Shown: positions 19,065 to 29,992, numbered from the stretch's first letter. The stretch: 64,000 nucleotides of DNA from Candidatus Obscuribacterales bacterium (GCA_965228855.1 CBDDIJ010000003.1:3680001-3744000), one strand, 5' to 3'. Translations and numbers: made by a program. The notes: generated by a model from the sequence alone, not told the origin.

Positions 19065-20612
19065 TTAAAACCTCTGAAACGCGGGAGAAGCGATTACCAG
19101 TCCAAGCAGCTCGTTCAAGTGTGTCTCTGTCCCGGCAGTATTCGGGTCGCTCTTATCGGGCTGTTGAAAAGCTTTCAGAACAGCAACCTCAGAAGCCCTA
19201 GACATGCGACCGCAGAGATATCGAATCAACAAATCGGCGGTGACTTTCGGCTCTCTATCCGATGTCAACGCCTTGCGCAGAGCATCAAGATGAAGCGTGA
19301 CTGAATCAAGCTCATTGAATGAGAGTGCCAGAGCAAAGTTCCAGCGCCATAGTAGCGTTCCCAGCCAGGGGCTCATCTCCTCGGGGTAGCCATCCGGTGT
19401 AGGGTATTGAAAGGGACCGTGTCCCATCCGGGATAGATACTCGGTCAAACCGCTCTTTGCAAATGTATCGGCACCAAGAAGTCGAAGCGAAGACACGACA
19501 AATCGGAATGGTCTTTTAAACTTGTTTCCGCGATTTTCGGAGAATTCTTTCGATGTCAGAATCATACGAACCATCGGTCTAATCTCACCTTTTTCAGCGG
19601 AAAACACTTTCGCGACTCGCTCAACAAGCGACGGCGGTGGTTCATCGGAAACAAAAAGGCGCACGAGTTTTCCAGCCACATAGCGCGCCGTTGACGGGTG
19701 CGCAGTGACTATTTCAATAAGCGCGTCGATATCTTTGTCGCCACCACCAGCGGTGATGGTTTTACCTAATACGAGCTTCTCACCATCATCATGAAAAGCT
19801 TTGTCGAAATAGACGCTTCCCTTCGCGAATTCGCCGCGCTGGTGCAATCGCCAACCGGTGAGGCAGCGCGCGGCTTCAAACACGTCCTTTTGCGTGTATC
19901 CGCCGTTTACCCCAAGCGTGTGCAACTCCAGCAGTTCACGAGCATAGTTTTCGTTTGGAATATCGGTATTCTTTTCGCGCCTATTCTCTTTTCCGTCCAG
20001 GTAAACAAGCATGGCCGGTGACAAAGCGGAAGCGCGAATCAAATCTTTGAAATTCCCCAACGCGTGCTTTCGCACAACATCGCGATCATCAGAAGCTTTG
20101 AGATAAATGCAATCACCCTTTTCCAGATTAATATTCAAATGATCGGTCCAGAATGCCACCATAACCTCGAACAACTGACGCTTCGAATAAATAGCTTTGA
20201 GCAGCGTGTGACGCGTTATGTCATTTCGCAGCGCCTCGTCTTTAAACTCATAACAATCGCCCGGACGCATACTTATGGTTTCAAATCGTCGGGAACGCAT
20301 GTCGCAAAGAGAATCGTCGATCGACTCAGGTTCGAGTTGCTCATCAATCCAATTCTCGATGCCCTGCGCGCGAACACGTGCGACATCGCCAGGCCAGGGT
20401 GCATAGGCAGCGCGTGACAGGAGGTGAAAAACAGGGTCGATGTCAGCGCTGCTGCAAACAGCAATGTGTGCCGGAATCGCCAGTCCAAAACGCTCGGTGG
20501 TTTCACTTATAACGCGCTCACAGCCACTCAAAAGAGAGCCGCCACCAAGTAGCGCACCAGCCTTGAGTATGGCTCGTCGACTTACCCGCCGAGGTTTGCC
20601 ACCACGCTCCAT
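19065..20612 (-). CDS. DUF1800 protein with Tat/lipoprotein signal (copy 1)
   Basis: SRRAILK...LSGC; FWTDH, PAMLVYLD, NENYARELLELHTLG, SPAFQ. Confidence 0.9.
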   Translation of the reverse strand: MERGGKPRRVSRRAILKAGALLGGGSLLSGCERVISETTERFGLAIPAHIAVCSSADIDPVFHLLSRAAYAPWPGDVARVRAQGIENWIDEQLEPESIDDSLCDMRSRRFETISMRPGDCYEFKDEALRNDITRHTLLKAIYSKRQLFEVMVAFWTDHLNINLEKGDCIYLKASDDRDVVRKHALGNFKDLIRASALSPAMLVYLDGKENRREKNTDIPNENYARELLELHTLGVNGGYTQKDVFEAARCLTGWRLHQRGEFAKGSVYFDKAFHDDGEKLVLGKTITAGGGDKDIDALIEIVTAHPSTARYVAGKLVRLFVSDEPPPSLVERVAKVFSAEKGEIRPMVRMILTSKEFSENRGNKFKRPFRFVVSSLRLLGADTFAKSGLTEYLSRMGHGPFQYPTPDGYPEEMSPWLGTLLWRWNFALALSFNELDSVTLHLDALRKALTSDREPKVTADLLIRYLCGRMSRASEVAVLKAFQQPDKSDPNTAGTETHLNELLGLVIASPAFQRF

Positions 20613-20614
20613 GA

Positions 20615-21193
20615 CTACCGCTCTTTGTTGAAATCCGAAGAGTCAACTACTGTTTCACTACGCGCATTTTCGACTGCGGGCTCGCGCGCCACAGCTGCGG
20701 TCGCGCGAGAGTTCTTCCATTCGCGGAAAACAGCTCGAATTGACGCACCACAACCGACGACGAAGGCTATCGGCATCAACACGAACCAACCGACGACGGG
20801 GAAAAGGAAGCTCAAAACTAAAACGGCACCACCGCGAACGGTTTCCTTCCAGGGTGGTTGGCTGTGCGAACGATCTCCGAGTTTGTCGCCAATCAATCCA
20901 GCGAGGCCGGACACTCCAATACTTGCGAATAGAATGTAAACACCAAGCAGAATGAAGGCAACCAAACCCCAGGGTCCCTGTTTGTCGTTAGCAAGGGCGA
21001 AAAAGGCCACAACCACCATCGCGGTTAATGGCACCCCCACAAAAAAGGACTTGAGCATCCCGTCATCATGGGCGTCTCGTGCATGCCTGACGAGAGGTTC
21101 CCAGATTGCTCGGCAAAAGAGCCAGACGGCGTTAAAGCAAATCAAGAGCCCCACTATGACCAGGAAAATCGCCATGGTATCGGCAAGAACCAT
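20615..21193 (-). CDS. Hypothetical multi-pass membrane protein, first gene of DUF1800/DUF1501 operon
   Basis: About 4-5 TM segments; ends 2 bp before the DUF1800 start. Confidence 0.75.
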   Translation of the reverse strand: MVLADTMAIFLVIVGLLICFNAVWLFCRAIWEPLVRHARDAHDDGMLKSFFVGVPLTAMVVVAFFALANDKQGPWGLVAFILLGVYILFASIGVSGLAGLIGDKLGDRSHSQPPWKETVRGGAVLVLSFLFPVVGWFVLMPIAFVVGCGASIRAVFREWKNSRATAAVAREPAVENARSETVVDSSDFNKER

Positions 21194-21340
21194 ACTTCAT
21201 CGACCTCAAGCTCGCTAACGGCAGGTGCCCGGAACGCCTTTGTAGCCTTTCATACTTATACCCAACTCCACTACAACAGGGTGCTAAAATCCTCTGAGTC
21301 GCGGTGCGACCAGTTACAATCGTAAGCCAGGTGAAACAGG

Positions 21341-22282
21341 ATGAAACTTTTGCTTGCTATCGACGATTCGGTACATTCCGAAAAAGCAGTCGAGGCACTT
21401 TGCCATATAGAGTGGCTCAGAGGATCTGAGCTCAAACTCCTGAATGTTGTTAAGCCGATGGAATATCTGCTGCCATTCGGCACCGACGACACCGAGGGCA
21501 AGGAAGCTGAACTGACCAAAGCCCGCAGCGCCTGGTTGGATCAATTGTCGGAAAAGATCTCATCGAAACTGCCGGCGCTCAAAATGTCGCACGAGGTCAA
21601 ATTCGGCGATACGCGGTTCGTAATAATAAACACAGCGGTCGCTGACAACGCGGAATTGATCGTGATGGGCTCGCAAGGACGTACGGGCGTAGAGCGGTTT
21701 ATCCTCGGTAGCGTTTCCTGCAGTGTTGTCGAATACGCACCATGCCCGGTGCTGATTATAAAAGGCGAGCCGGAGGCGTGGGGCGATTTCGAGCGAATTT
21801 TCGTAGCCTTCGACGGTTCGGCTTACTCGCATGATGCGATTGATTGGACCATCGATCACCACTGGGCACCAAACACGAAAGTTCATATCGTCATGACCCT
21901 GCCGGAGTTCGATACCGCGGACGCACAGAACGTCAGTCAGGTTGAGAGCGGCGTGCTAAAAGCCCAATGGACAATCATCAACGCCAAAGCGATGGATATG
22001 CTCAAAGAAGCGGCAGAGGAGATTGGCAGAACGGTCGGGCGCGAGAACGTCACAATCGAAGCGCTACCTGGAGATCCTCGTACAGAATTGTTGAAGGCAG
22101 CCACCAGATTCGGTGCAAACTTGATAATCATGGGCTCGCGTGGTCGGACGGGACTGACGAAGTTTTTACTCGGTTCGGTCTCCCTCCACATGGCTAATCA
22201 CTCGACCGTCCCAATCGTTATCGTGCGCCGATTGGCACCGGAAACGCTTGCCAGCCTCTATGCACCGGAAGCTAAGAAATAG
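21341..22282 (+). CDS. Tandem universal stress protein (2x USP)
   Basis: Two copies of LI(V/I)MGSxGRTG..(R/K)F.LGSVS..PV.I. Confidence 0.93.
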   Translation: MKLLLAIDDSVHSEKAVEALCHIEWLRGSELKLLNVVKPMEYLLPFGTDDTEGKEAELTKARSAWLDQLSEKISSKLPALKMSHEVKFGDTRFVIINTAVADNAELIVMGSQGRTGVERFILGSVSCSVVEYAPCPVLIIKGEPEAWGDFERIFVAFDGSAYSHDAIDWTIDHHWAPNTKVHIVMTLPEFDTADAQNVSQVESGVLKAQWTIINAKAMDMLKEAAEEIGRTVGRENVTIEALPGDPRTELLKAATRFGANLIIMGSRGRTGLTKFLLGSVSLHMANHSTVPIVIVRRLAPETLASLYAPEAKK

Positions 22283-22300
22283 AGCTATTCGCCACCGCGC

Positions 22301-23014
22301 TCAATCCCACTCGAACATCCATTGATAAATCTCCTCGTATAATTCGAGAGGACAATCCATGGTCCCCTCGACCACATAAGTCGGAGTTCCGAAATTGGTT
22401 CCTTGCGGAGCTTCCTTAAGCTCCGAGATGGGAACGATTATCTGCTTGAGGGCATTGCCGGCGCGGTCCTGGAAGGTTATCTTCACCGAATTTTGAGTGC
22501 GGCTAAACTCGCGCAAATTTCCAATCGGACCGAGCAGAGCAAGCCGAATATGTATTTGACCAGCGGTCCATGCTGTTTTTAGAAATGCATCGATTCCCAC
22601 AGGCTGGATGGATACCGACGCCCAGCTCCTGATCACGGCGGCTTTGTCCAGGCGCCACTTCGGGTACTGCGAGGCAGTGTTATCCACAGCGGCTGATCCA
22701 GCACTGCCACCACCGGCACTACCACCATCACCGCGCTTGAGCAGACGCCCTCGCTCGAAAGTCGGTCCTTGAGCGGAAGCGCCTTTATCCGCTCCCCAAT
22801 TGGCTGCATTAGACTCATGAGGTTGCTCGATATTCATTTGTCCGGCCCCCGCGTCGCCGCGATTGGCAGTTTGAACCTGATTTGCGGTTTCAGCTGGTGA
22901 GGTTGAACTGGAAGAATTGGAGCCGTTTGGAGCGCCACCGCCGGCGCAACCACAAATGCAGAACACGAGAACGCCTGCCAACAATCGCGAACAAACGAGC
23001 GAAAAATGTTTCAT
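22301..23014 (-). CDS. Hypothetical lipoprotein
   Basis: Lipobox-like ICGC, S/G-rich linker, globular C-terminal domain. Confidence 0.65.
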   Translation of the reverse strand: MKHFSLVCSRLLAGVLVFCICGCAGGGAPNGSNSSSSTSPAETANQVQTANRGDAGAGQMNIEQPHESNAANWGADKGASAQGPTFERGRLLKRGDGGSAGGGSAGSAAVDNTASQYPKWRLDKAAVIRSWASVSIQPVGIDAFLKTAWTAGQIHIRLALLGPIGNLREFSRTQNSVKITFQDRAGNALKQIIVPISELKEAPQGTNFGTPTYVVEGTMDCPLELYEEIYQWMFEWD

Positions 23015-23038
23015 GCAGACCTACTAGGTTTGTTTGGT

Positions 23039-23083
23039 AAAACGAAAGGATACCTTGCAATAACAAGTGTATCCCCTTTCGTT
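23039..23083 (-). terminator. Intrinsic terminator downstream of BFN gene
   Basis: Minus strand aacgaaaggggatacacttg...caaggtatcctttcgtttt hairpin with T run. Confidence 0.55.
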
Positions 23084-23127
23084 CAAATTTTTGCGACGTC
23101 CGTTTATCAGTTCAACTAGCCGCTAAA

Positions 23128-23637
23128 TCATGCGGCGTCCGATCTGTCCTGTGGCAGAGAAAAATCAGACGCGTTTATCTGGCCCAGGAAATTGACGAAG
23201 TCCTCCTTTTCTTTGGCATCGGCCTCTTCATCGAGCGAAATTGTTCCCTCTGCAAAAACCTCGGGCGAGACGTAAATAGGCGCGTGCGCCCTGAGAGCAA
23301 GAGCCACTGCATCCGATGGACGGGCATCGATCACCTGCCGAAACTCGCGGCTCTGTTTAAATGTCAAAGTAATCGATGCAAGAAATGCTCCGTCAATACT
23401 GTCATTAATATCGACTTTCTCGACGTCGAAACCCAAACTCTCAATCACGTTCATCAACAAGTCGTGAGTCATCGGGCGCTCGACCTGTTCCTCGGCTAAC
23501 GCCATGCCGATTGAGGTGGCCTCAGCGTAACCGATCCAGATAGGCAATGCTCTTCGCCGATCCGCATCGTTCAAAACAAGTATCGGCTGTTTGTTTCTAG
23601 GATCGAGCGTAATGCCCGAAACATACATCTCACTCAT
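23128..23637 (-). CDS. Bifunctional nuclease family (DUF151/BFN)
   Basis: LPIWIG..EA..I, RPMTHDL, IDARPSDAVALALR. Confidence 0.93.
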   Translation of the reverse strand: MSEMYVSGITLDPRNKQPILVLNDADRRRALPIWIGYAEATSIGMALAEEQVERPMTHDLLMNVIESLGFDVEKVDINDSIDGAFLASITLTFKQSREFRQVIDARPSDAVALALRAHAPIYVSPEVFAEGTISLDEEADAKEKEDFVNFLGQINASDFSLPQDRSDAA

Positions 23638-23852
23638 ACCATGCTCCTACTACGCGAGCCGCATCTCTTCTATTGTTTGTCACACTCAAAGTAGCACCGA
23701 TTAAAAGATCCAATGCTCCATAATTCTCGTGATAACACCAATAGAGCCCGGCTTCGCCAGTCTAAACAATTAAATTACAACTTCGGGAAAACGCGCATCT
23801 AGACTGAATCCAACAAATAGGTATACTAGGACCATGGCTTGATTTTGCCGCC

Positions 23853-24428
23853 ATGCAGCAAACCCTTTCACAGGTAGCAGTTATGTTTTCTTCAAACCCT
23901 TTATATGCATCAAAACTGCTCGCAGCGGCTGTTTTAGCTACAGGGATGATTGCGCTATCGGGCAATATCGCTTTCGCTGCCAATGAAAAAGAAGCGACAG
24001 ATCCGGCTTACAAAAACGCTGTCGCGCTGTATCAGAAAGCCGATTATGCCGGTGCGCAAACCGAGTTTGAAAAGTTGACGAACTCAAAGACGGTTGGAGA
24101 AACATCCAAGTACTACCGGGCCCTTTGTTTACAGAATCAGAAACAATACGGTCCGGCAAAGACGCAATATATGGCGCTCTACAAATCCTCAACCGATAAA
24201 GAGGTGAGATACAAGGCCTGGGAAGCTTTACGAGCATTACCCGGCTTAATGGGCAGCAAGCCGGTATCAACGAAAGTGGCTTCAGCAGCGAAAAGCGCCT
24301 CCAAAGAAGGTCCGGGATCAGATGTCTGGATTACGCCCAAAGAGGGCTATGGACGGTCTGGACCGGCTGCCTCATCGGAAGTCAACGTCACGATAATCCC
24401 TACTTCGTGCGGTCGGCGCCATCGATAA
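23853..24428 (+). CDS. Secreted TPR (YbgF/BamD-like) protein
   Basis: Signal peptide; YKNAVALYQKADYAGA..EFEKL; YYRALCL. Confidence 0.7.
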   Translation: MQQTLSQVAVMFSSNPLYASKLLAAAVLATGMIALSGNIAFAANEKEATDPAYKNAVALYQKADYAGAQTEFEKLTNSKTVGETSKYYRALCLQNQKQYGPAKTQYMALYKSSTDKEVRYKAWEALRALPGLMGSKPVSTKVASAAKSASKEGPGSDVWITPKEGYGRSGPAASSEVNVTIIPTSCGRRHR

Positions 24429-24563
24429 AATACTGAACCAGTGGGATTTGCCGCAAGATTTTGTCATAGTGATTATTTACCTTGACAACGATTCGCGGTA
24501 TACATATATTGATCGAGGTGATCGACAGTCCATTTTGAACGTCGGTTCGGGCACAGTGCAATA

Positions 24564-25025
24564 ATGAAATTTCGTTCTCGTCTTACTAAAACAAGGAATA
24601 CCAACGGCAGTGCAATTGCGGAGACAGCTCCGGCGTTGTTCCTGCTTTTCCTGGTAATTCTCTTTCCACTCATAGACCTGCTGTACATGGGTCTGGCATT
24701 CGGTCTGGTTTGGTATTTGAACCACCTGGAGGTGCGTGAGCTGGCTGTCCGTGTTCCATCGGAGAGCAGTCAGGTTCTCACCGATATAGATGCCCTCTAC
24801 ACAAGCACAGGTTTCGGCAAATTTATCGGCTTGACCGTCCCTCGCATCCAGCATCCGGGTGGGGCCGCATATGGTGGCAACCCGCTGACAGTGACGTGCA
24901 CGACGGTCGCGACCATTAATCCATTCTTGAATATTCCCTTTGTAATTCCGATTTCCGGACTCAATCAACCGGCGACATTTACAGTCACCAGCTCCAGACT
25001 CCAGGAAGAAGAAGGCAGAAACTAA
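24564..25025 (+). CDS. TadE-like pseudopilin
   Basis: Basic leader then G|SAIAE (Glu at +5) and a hydrophobic helix ending in LIDL. Confidence 0.75.
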   Translation: MKFRSRLTKTRNTNGSAIAETAPALFLLFLVILFPLIDLLYMGLAFGLVWYLNHLEVRELAVRVPSESSQVLTDIDALYTSTGFGKFIGLTVPRIQHPGGAAYGGNPLTVTCTTVATINPFLNIPFVIPISGLNQPATFTVTSSRLQEEEGRN

Positions 25026-25029
25026 CCAC

Positions 25030-25455
25030 ATGCGCAAACCCAGACACTTAAAACGCACTCGTGGAGCCAGTCTTGTAGAAGTAACGGCTGGATTGTTTTT
25101 GCTTCTTCCATTATTCCTGTGCATCATCGATCTTTCTGCCATAGTACTAGGACAGATTACAAACGACTCCCTGGCTAAACGTGTCGCCAGAGCAGCAGCC
25201 CACCAGAATAATGCCAGTGCGGCGAGTGCGGCAGCTACCGCCGTTATCACTGCTACTGCGGTCAACGGGATCGTCTCGAGTCCAGCGCTCGTTAATATGA
25301 ACTTCAACGACGTCAGCCCCGGAAATGTGATTTGTGAAACCAAAGTCCTCATCACCATTCCCGCGCCCGTACCCTTCGTCCCGTTGCTACAGCGCAGTCG
25401 CGAGATGCGAGCCCGAGCGACTGAGCCGATAGTGATGCTTCCCGCACTTCCGTAA
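25030..25455 (+). CDS. TadE-like pseudopilin
   Basis: RTRG|ASLVE, hydrophobic helix, AKRVARAAA. Confidence 0.75.
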   Translation: MRKPRHLKRTRGASLVEVTAGLFLLLPLFLCIIDLSAIVLGQITNDSLAKRVARAAAHQNNASAASAAATAVITATAVNGIVSSPALVNMNFNDVSPGNVICETKVLITIPAPVPFVPLLQRSREMRARATEPIVMLPALP

Positions 25456-26123
25456 TGAAGAATCTACTTTCAAAGTCCCAGAACGCAAGTAATCATTCTC
25501 GAAATCTATTGTCGTTTTTCGCGGCGAGCCTTTTACTGGTTGCCGGAAATTTTTTCTCAGCGCACTTCGTGCACGCCGCTAATCAAAAGCAAATTGAGTG
25601 TTGCGAGAATTGTGAGAAAGGGGAAACGGCGAGCGCAAAAGCCAAAGAAAAATTGCTAGCGCAGAAGAAGTCGATTCCGCTGACAGCGGCGAAACCAGCC
25701 CCCATTGCAGTCACGAAGCCGACAGCAAAACCCTCTCACGAGAAAACGCTTGCGGAGCGTCGCGACGAAAAGGTCACCATCAAATCTAATACCAAACAAA
25801 TAGAACTGGTCGGCGAAGTCGTCGACACCTGGTGCTACAGCTCAGGTGTCATGGGAGAGGGTCGCGGAGAGAAACATCGAAAATGTGGAAGGCTCTGCGT
25901 CGGCGGAGGTGTCACAGCCGGAATTCTAACCGACGACGGCACACTATACATAGCCGCCAAACATCAGGGTTATAACGGCTGTGCCGGTCTGCTTCTACCG
26001 TATGTGGCCGACCGTGTGAAGGTGAGCGGTTGGCTCGCGGAGCGCGGAGGCGTCAAACTGTTGAAGATTCTCAAGGTTGAACGGGTGAAAACACCTGCCA
26101 AAACGAATACCAAGCATCCTTGA
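25455..26123 (+). CDS. Secreted hypothetical protein with D-x-x-C...H-x-x-C-x-x-x-C motif
   Basis: Signal peptide; GEVVDTWCY...HRKCGRLCVGGG...DDGTLY; overlaps the previous stop codon (TAATG). Confidence 0.7.
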   Translation: MKNLLSKSQNASNHSRNLLSFFAASLLLVAGNFFSAHFVHAANQKQIECCENCEKGETASAKAKEKLLAQKKSIPLTAAKPAPIAVTKPTAKPSHEKTLAERRDEKVTIKSNTKQIELVGEVVDTWCYSSGVMGEGRGEKHRKCGRLCVGGGVTAGILTDDGTLYIAAKHQGYNGCAGLLLPYVADRVKVSGWLAERGGVKLLKILKVERVKTPAKTNTKHP

Positions 26124-27351
26124 GCTTCCATCCGATGTCATTTTTTCGATTCTTCATTTTGCGGTCTAAACGCACATAGTTTTTTGTGATTTCTTTATCC
26201 TGAGGAGCGAGGGCGCTGGCGCGGCGGTACAAATCAAGCGCTTCTCGGTAGTTTCGAAAGTGGGTTTCGTAATCAAGGCCAAGGCGGTACATTCCGCGCG
26301 CGCGAGTCAGCGTATCCGAAATTTGTGCAGGACAGTTGTGCAATCCGAGCTGATACTGTGCCATTGCACGAGTGGGTCGACCTAGACGATCGTAAATATC
26401 ACCTAAAGCTAAACGAAAAAATCTGCAACGCCAGGATTTATCAACTTGCGTGGATGTGGACAGAACAATCTTCTCGCTATCCGCATCGGGTACTCGCTGC
26501 ATCAACTCAAACACGACTGCCTTGGACGCATCCATGTCTTTAGCCTGCTGTTTCATGCAGAGAAGGTCTAGTAAGGCAGTCTCAAGCGCTTCTTTGTCCT
26601 TGTTCATTATCCGCAGTTGCCGGGTTGCTACTTGAGCTGCGAGTTGATCGCACGGAGAGGTGCGTGCTGCAGTCAGGTAGCACTGCACCGCCTCCTCTCC
26701 GCGCCCCATTTTGGAAAGCACTTCTGCCTTCACCAGGTTGGCGCGAGAATCGTCGGGATTGGCGTGCAAATCCCACTCCACAGCCTCGAGCGCCTCATCA
26801 AACTTTCGGTGAGCCATTCGGATTTGAGCTAAATTAGCTCCATAACCTTCACCCTTCCGCCCGGCTTTGGCGGCCAGCAGGAAAAACTGTTTAGCCCGTT
26901 CTCTCTGACCGCCGCGGTCCAGAGCAAGACCAAGCTGAAACAGCTTCTCCCCGTCTTTAGCAAGCAGTCTTGCACATGCGTCAGCGTCTTTCAGAGCTTC
27001 TTGTGGGTCATTCATGCGCAGATAGATAAGGCACCGCCTGTAGTGACCGAGACCGAACGTCGGGTCGCTTTTAATGGCGCGATCCAGTGCATCAATCGCC
27101 AGCTGCTCAAAACCCTTTAGCTCGAAGTATTGGGCAAGAAGGTAATTCGCTTGAACATTTCCGGGCTGAGATTCAACGATACCAGACAGTTCCGACAGGT
27201 CGCGCTCCGTTGCCGTCGATTCTTTTATCCGCTTTTCGATAGCGGGAAATGAGTAATCAGCCGCCCCGCCCTGCGCAAAAGCCAGAGGCGGCGCGACCAG
27301 CAGTGCGACTAGCAAAAGACTAGCCGCGGCGAGGACAGTCTTCCGCATCAT
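26071..27351 (-). CDS. Secreted TPR-repeat protein
   Basis: Signal peptide (AFA); many TPR units. Overlaps the convergent gene by 53 bp. Confidence 0.85.
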   Translation of the reverse strand: MMRKTVLAAASLLLVALLVAPPLAFAQGGAADYSFPAIEKRIKESTATERDLSELSGIVESQPGNVQANYLLAQYFELKGFEQLAIDALDRAIKSDPTFGLGHYRRCLIYLRMNDPQEALKDADACARLLAKDGEKLFQLGLALDRGGQRERAKQFFLLAAKAGRKGEGYGANLAQIRMAHRKFDEALEAVEWDLHANPDDSRANLVKAEVLSKMGRGEEAVQCYLTAARTSPCDQLAAQVATRQLRIMNKDKEALETALLDLLCMKQQAKDMDASKAVVFELMQRVPDADSEKIVLSTSTQVDKSWRCRFFRLALGDIYDRLGRPTRAMAQYQLGLHNCPAQISDTLTRARGMYRLGLDYETHFRNYREALDLYRRASALAPQDKEITKNYVRLDRKMKNRKNDIGWKLKDAWYSFWQVFSPVQP

Positions 27352-27911
27352 TTGTGGGAAAGTTTGAAACTGATCCGCAAGTCCGTTCTGTAAGTTTTGT
27401 CTTTACACGGCGAGACGTTAACGGTGACATTGTTACTGCCATGCTGACCTGTGATTGTAGAGAGCGCGCCACTGCCAGTGGTTTTTACTTTCCACTGATA
27501 GCTTTTCAGCGCATCTTCGTACCAGCCCAGCACCACATCCGGTGCCTCCTTGGCCCGATATGTCATCGTCACTGCCGCACCGCCAGGCTTGTTGGGATAG
27601 AGCAAGCCCTCGGTAAATAGAGTTCCCGCTCCTGTGTAGCGAGGCAGATCCGGCAAATCCATCGGCTGTTTCAACAACCGCCAGGCAGCCTCACCGGTGC
27701 CACCAGACTCAGCGCGTTGTGCCAACATCCAGCGCTGGCGCTCACGGTAAGCCTTCGCATCTTCGCGAGCCTTAGCCTCGGCTTGTGCGGGCGACAACGA
27801 TGTTGTCTTCGCTTGTTGAGAGGCTTTCGTCTCAGCTGCCTGTGCCGGTGACACCTCGGGCGCGGCAAGACAAACCGCCATCAAAAGTGCGACTTCAATT
27901 TTGCGCATCAT
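27348..27911 (-). CDS. Secreted hypothetical protein
   Basis: Signal peptide (AQA); LPDLPRY...V.GWYEDAL..YQW; ATGA coupling to the next gene. Confidence 0.7.
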   Translation of the reverse strand: MMRKIEVALLMAVCLAAPEVSPAQAAETKASQQAKTTSLSPAQAEAKAREDAKAYRERQRWMLAQRAESGGTGEAAWRLLKQPMDLPDLPRYTGAGTLFTEGLLYPNKPGGAAVTMTYRAKEAPDVVLGWYEDALKSYQWKVKTTGSGALSTITGQHGSNNVTVNVSPCKDKTYRTDLRISFKLSHK

Positions 27912-27955
27912 CAGTCTAAGCGAGCTCCTTTTGTTTAGACAAAGCCGCTTCTACT

Positions 27956-29992
27956 TTAGCACGGGCAGCAGAACTGTCCGCCGCCGTTTGCACGGTTGCG
28001 CAGCTTGAGAACGCCCATGATATTTCTGAAGCCGGACGATGGAGTCCAAACCGCCGAGTCGTTGCCCACTGCCTGGGAATCGAGAGGGCAATCCCACGGG
28101 TGAGGGTAGCCGCACTCGCCACTGCAGTTGGTGATGTTGTCGAGCGTGAAGTTGCCAGAAGAATAGTTCTGTGGATTGCCATCGGGCAGATTCAAACCGG
28201 GCATCGAGAGGTCCGGAAGTGGCCACGGAGGCAGGCTGGTGCTCAGAACAATCTGGTTGCTGCTCGGATTGAGATATATGTAGCTGACGCGATTGAAAGC
28301 CACGGTGGAGTTCAAGACACCGTTAATTTCAGCGTCGCCTGCACCAGGTTTCATCTGGCGCATGTACGTTCTCAACTGCGGAACAATACCTGATGACTGA
28401 GTTTGTTGCAGAAGCTCACTGAGCTTGCCTTCTCGAATCTGAGTCAAACCGCAATCATTTCGGTTGTAATACTTCAAACCGGTGTTGTTAGCATTCGCGT
28501 TGATTGTCGCGCATTCGGAGCCGGAAGCACGCTCAGCGCAGATGTCGAGGTGGTACTTCTCGACAGCCATCAGGTTGTTCACTGGATTACCGTTGGCTCC
28601 AGGATCTCCGGGCTGACCGTAAGTAGATATGAACTTATCCAGGTTACAGGGCTGTCCGCCATCCGACGTCATCGTGGTGGACGGAGGTCCGCCCTGCGCA
28701 TGCGTCGTCGAGCCGTTGGTGCACTTCGAGACACCGTTGCCATGGACGAAATTGATAAATCCCTGGTCTTGAGCAAGTGCAGATGGATTGGAATTGAAGT
28801 TACCGTAGCTATCGATACCAGCTGAATTCAACTTGCTAGCCAGTTGGGATTGAGCAGTCGGATCGCCGCTTTGAAGAGCGTTCAAGTTGGAATCCACAAA
28901 GTTCTTCACATCGGAGAGCGTGTTGCCACCACCTGATTGATCGGCAATAAGTCCGGTATTGGAGTTGCCACCAAGAACCTCCACATAGTTGGGACTCATT
29001 AGCTTATCTTGCCAGATGTCGAACCCGCCGCCGTATTGCGTACCGCTCAAGCTGCCGGTGTTGTCAACCACGATGACACCGCGACGAATATCGCCGGGAA
29101 ATTGCTTGTCGAGCGAGCCTACGAGCGACATAGCCAGTGCTCTTGAGTTTTGTGCGCTGGCGGTTTTATCCTGCGCGCGACCGGCCGAACGATATGCGTT
29201 GGGTGGGACATAAGCCGGGATCTGTCCTCTGCTTTGCTCGGAATTGAAGTTCCGTTGCGACACAAGGTGAGGAGGCAGACCTGGTCTTAAAGGAACGCCC
29301 CAAACCCCAGTCGGTCCATTGGCAGCCAGGAGAGTATATCCACGAAGGAAGCGACGTCCTGCCGGCTGACCGCTCACTGTCGTCGAATTAGAGTCATTAA
29401 GCGGAGGTCCGCCCGATAGAATTTGGTTGGTTTCAAGAAATACGTTTGTAGCAGCGCCTCTGGCCATCAATGAAATGGCGTGTTCGGTGCCAACGTGGAA
29501 AACCGGGTTGCTCGCCGCTTCGAACATTCTCATCGCGTGATTCTGCGCGACGTTTCCAAAGTGTCCATCGAAGTTGCTCGAATTGCTCAGTTCGTTGTTT
29601 AACCTATCGCTGATGCCCTGCAACAAAGTCATCATCTGCGCAGCATGTGCATTAGCTTGTGCCGTATTGAGTGCCTGAGCATTTGCGGAGACCAGATAGG
29701 TCTGCGCAACCAGTTTGTTAAAAGTCAAAAGATTGACTTCACCTGTATCCGTATCATCCGAATCACCGAAGTGATTGATCTCATCTCCGCTCTGAAGCAC
29801 CGTACCCGGATGCCTCAAAACTTGCTTGGCGACGTTGAGGTTGCCCGCGTCAGTGGCGTGCTGGAGCTCTTGTCCGCCGCCGAGCTGCATGATCATGAAC
29901 AGCAAGCCGATTCCCAGAATCACAAGAACAAGCGCGCATACGACTACTAGAGCCAGTAAGGCACCTTTTTTAGAGCGACGACGTCCAGACAT
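27956..29992 (-). CDS. Large TadG-like (Tad N-terminal) pilin/adhesin
   Basis: RRRSKKG|ALLALVVV hydrophobic helix and ELQHATDAGNL (Tad LQxAxDA motif); N/G/S-rich body; Cys-rich C-terminus ending CCPC. Confidence 0.75.
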   Translation of the reverse strand: MSGRRRSKKGALLALVVVCALVLVILGIGLLFMIMQLGGGQELQHATDAGNLNVAKQVLRHPGTVLQSGDEINHFGDSDDTDTGEVNLLTFNKLVAQTYLVSANAQALNTAQANAHAAQMMTLLQGISDRLNNELSNSSNFDGHFGNVAQNHAMRMFEAASNPVFHVGTEHAISLMARGAATNVFLETNQILSGGPPLNDSNSTTVSGQPAGRRFLRGYTLLAANGPTGVWGVPLRPGLPPHLVSQRNFNSEQSRGQIPAYVPPNAYRSAGRAQDKTASAQNSRALAMSLVGSLDKQFPGDIRRGVIVVDNTGSLSGTQYGGGFDIWQDKLMSPNYVEVLGGNSNTGLIADQSGGGNTLSDVKNFVDSNLNALQSGDPTAQSQLASKLNSAGIDSYGNFNSNPSALAQDQGFINFVHGNGVSKCTNGSTTHAQGGPPSTTMTSDGGQPCNLDKFISTYGQPGDPGANGNPVNNLMAVEKYHLDICAERASGSECATINANANNTGLKYYNRNDCGLTQIREGKLSELLQQTQSSGIVPQLRTYMRQMKPGAGDAEINGVLNSTVAFNRVSYIYLNPSSNQIVLSTSLPPWPLPDLSMPGLNLPDGNPQNYSSGNFTLDNITNCSGECGYPHPWDCPLDSQAVGNDSAVWTPSSGFRNIMGVLKLRNRANGGGQFCCPC

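Noticed and set aside
24477..25358. 293-aa minus-strand ORF
   Set aside because: Antisense shadow of two TadE-like genes that have clear pilin motifs; no protein-like features.
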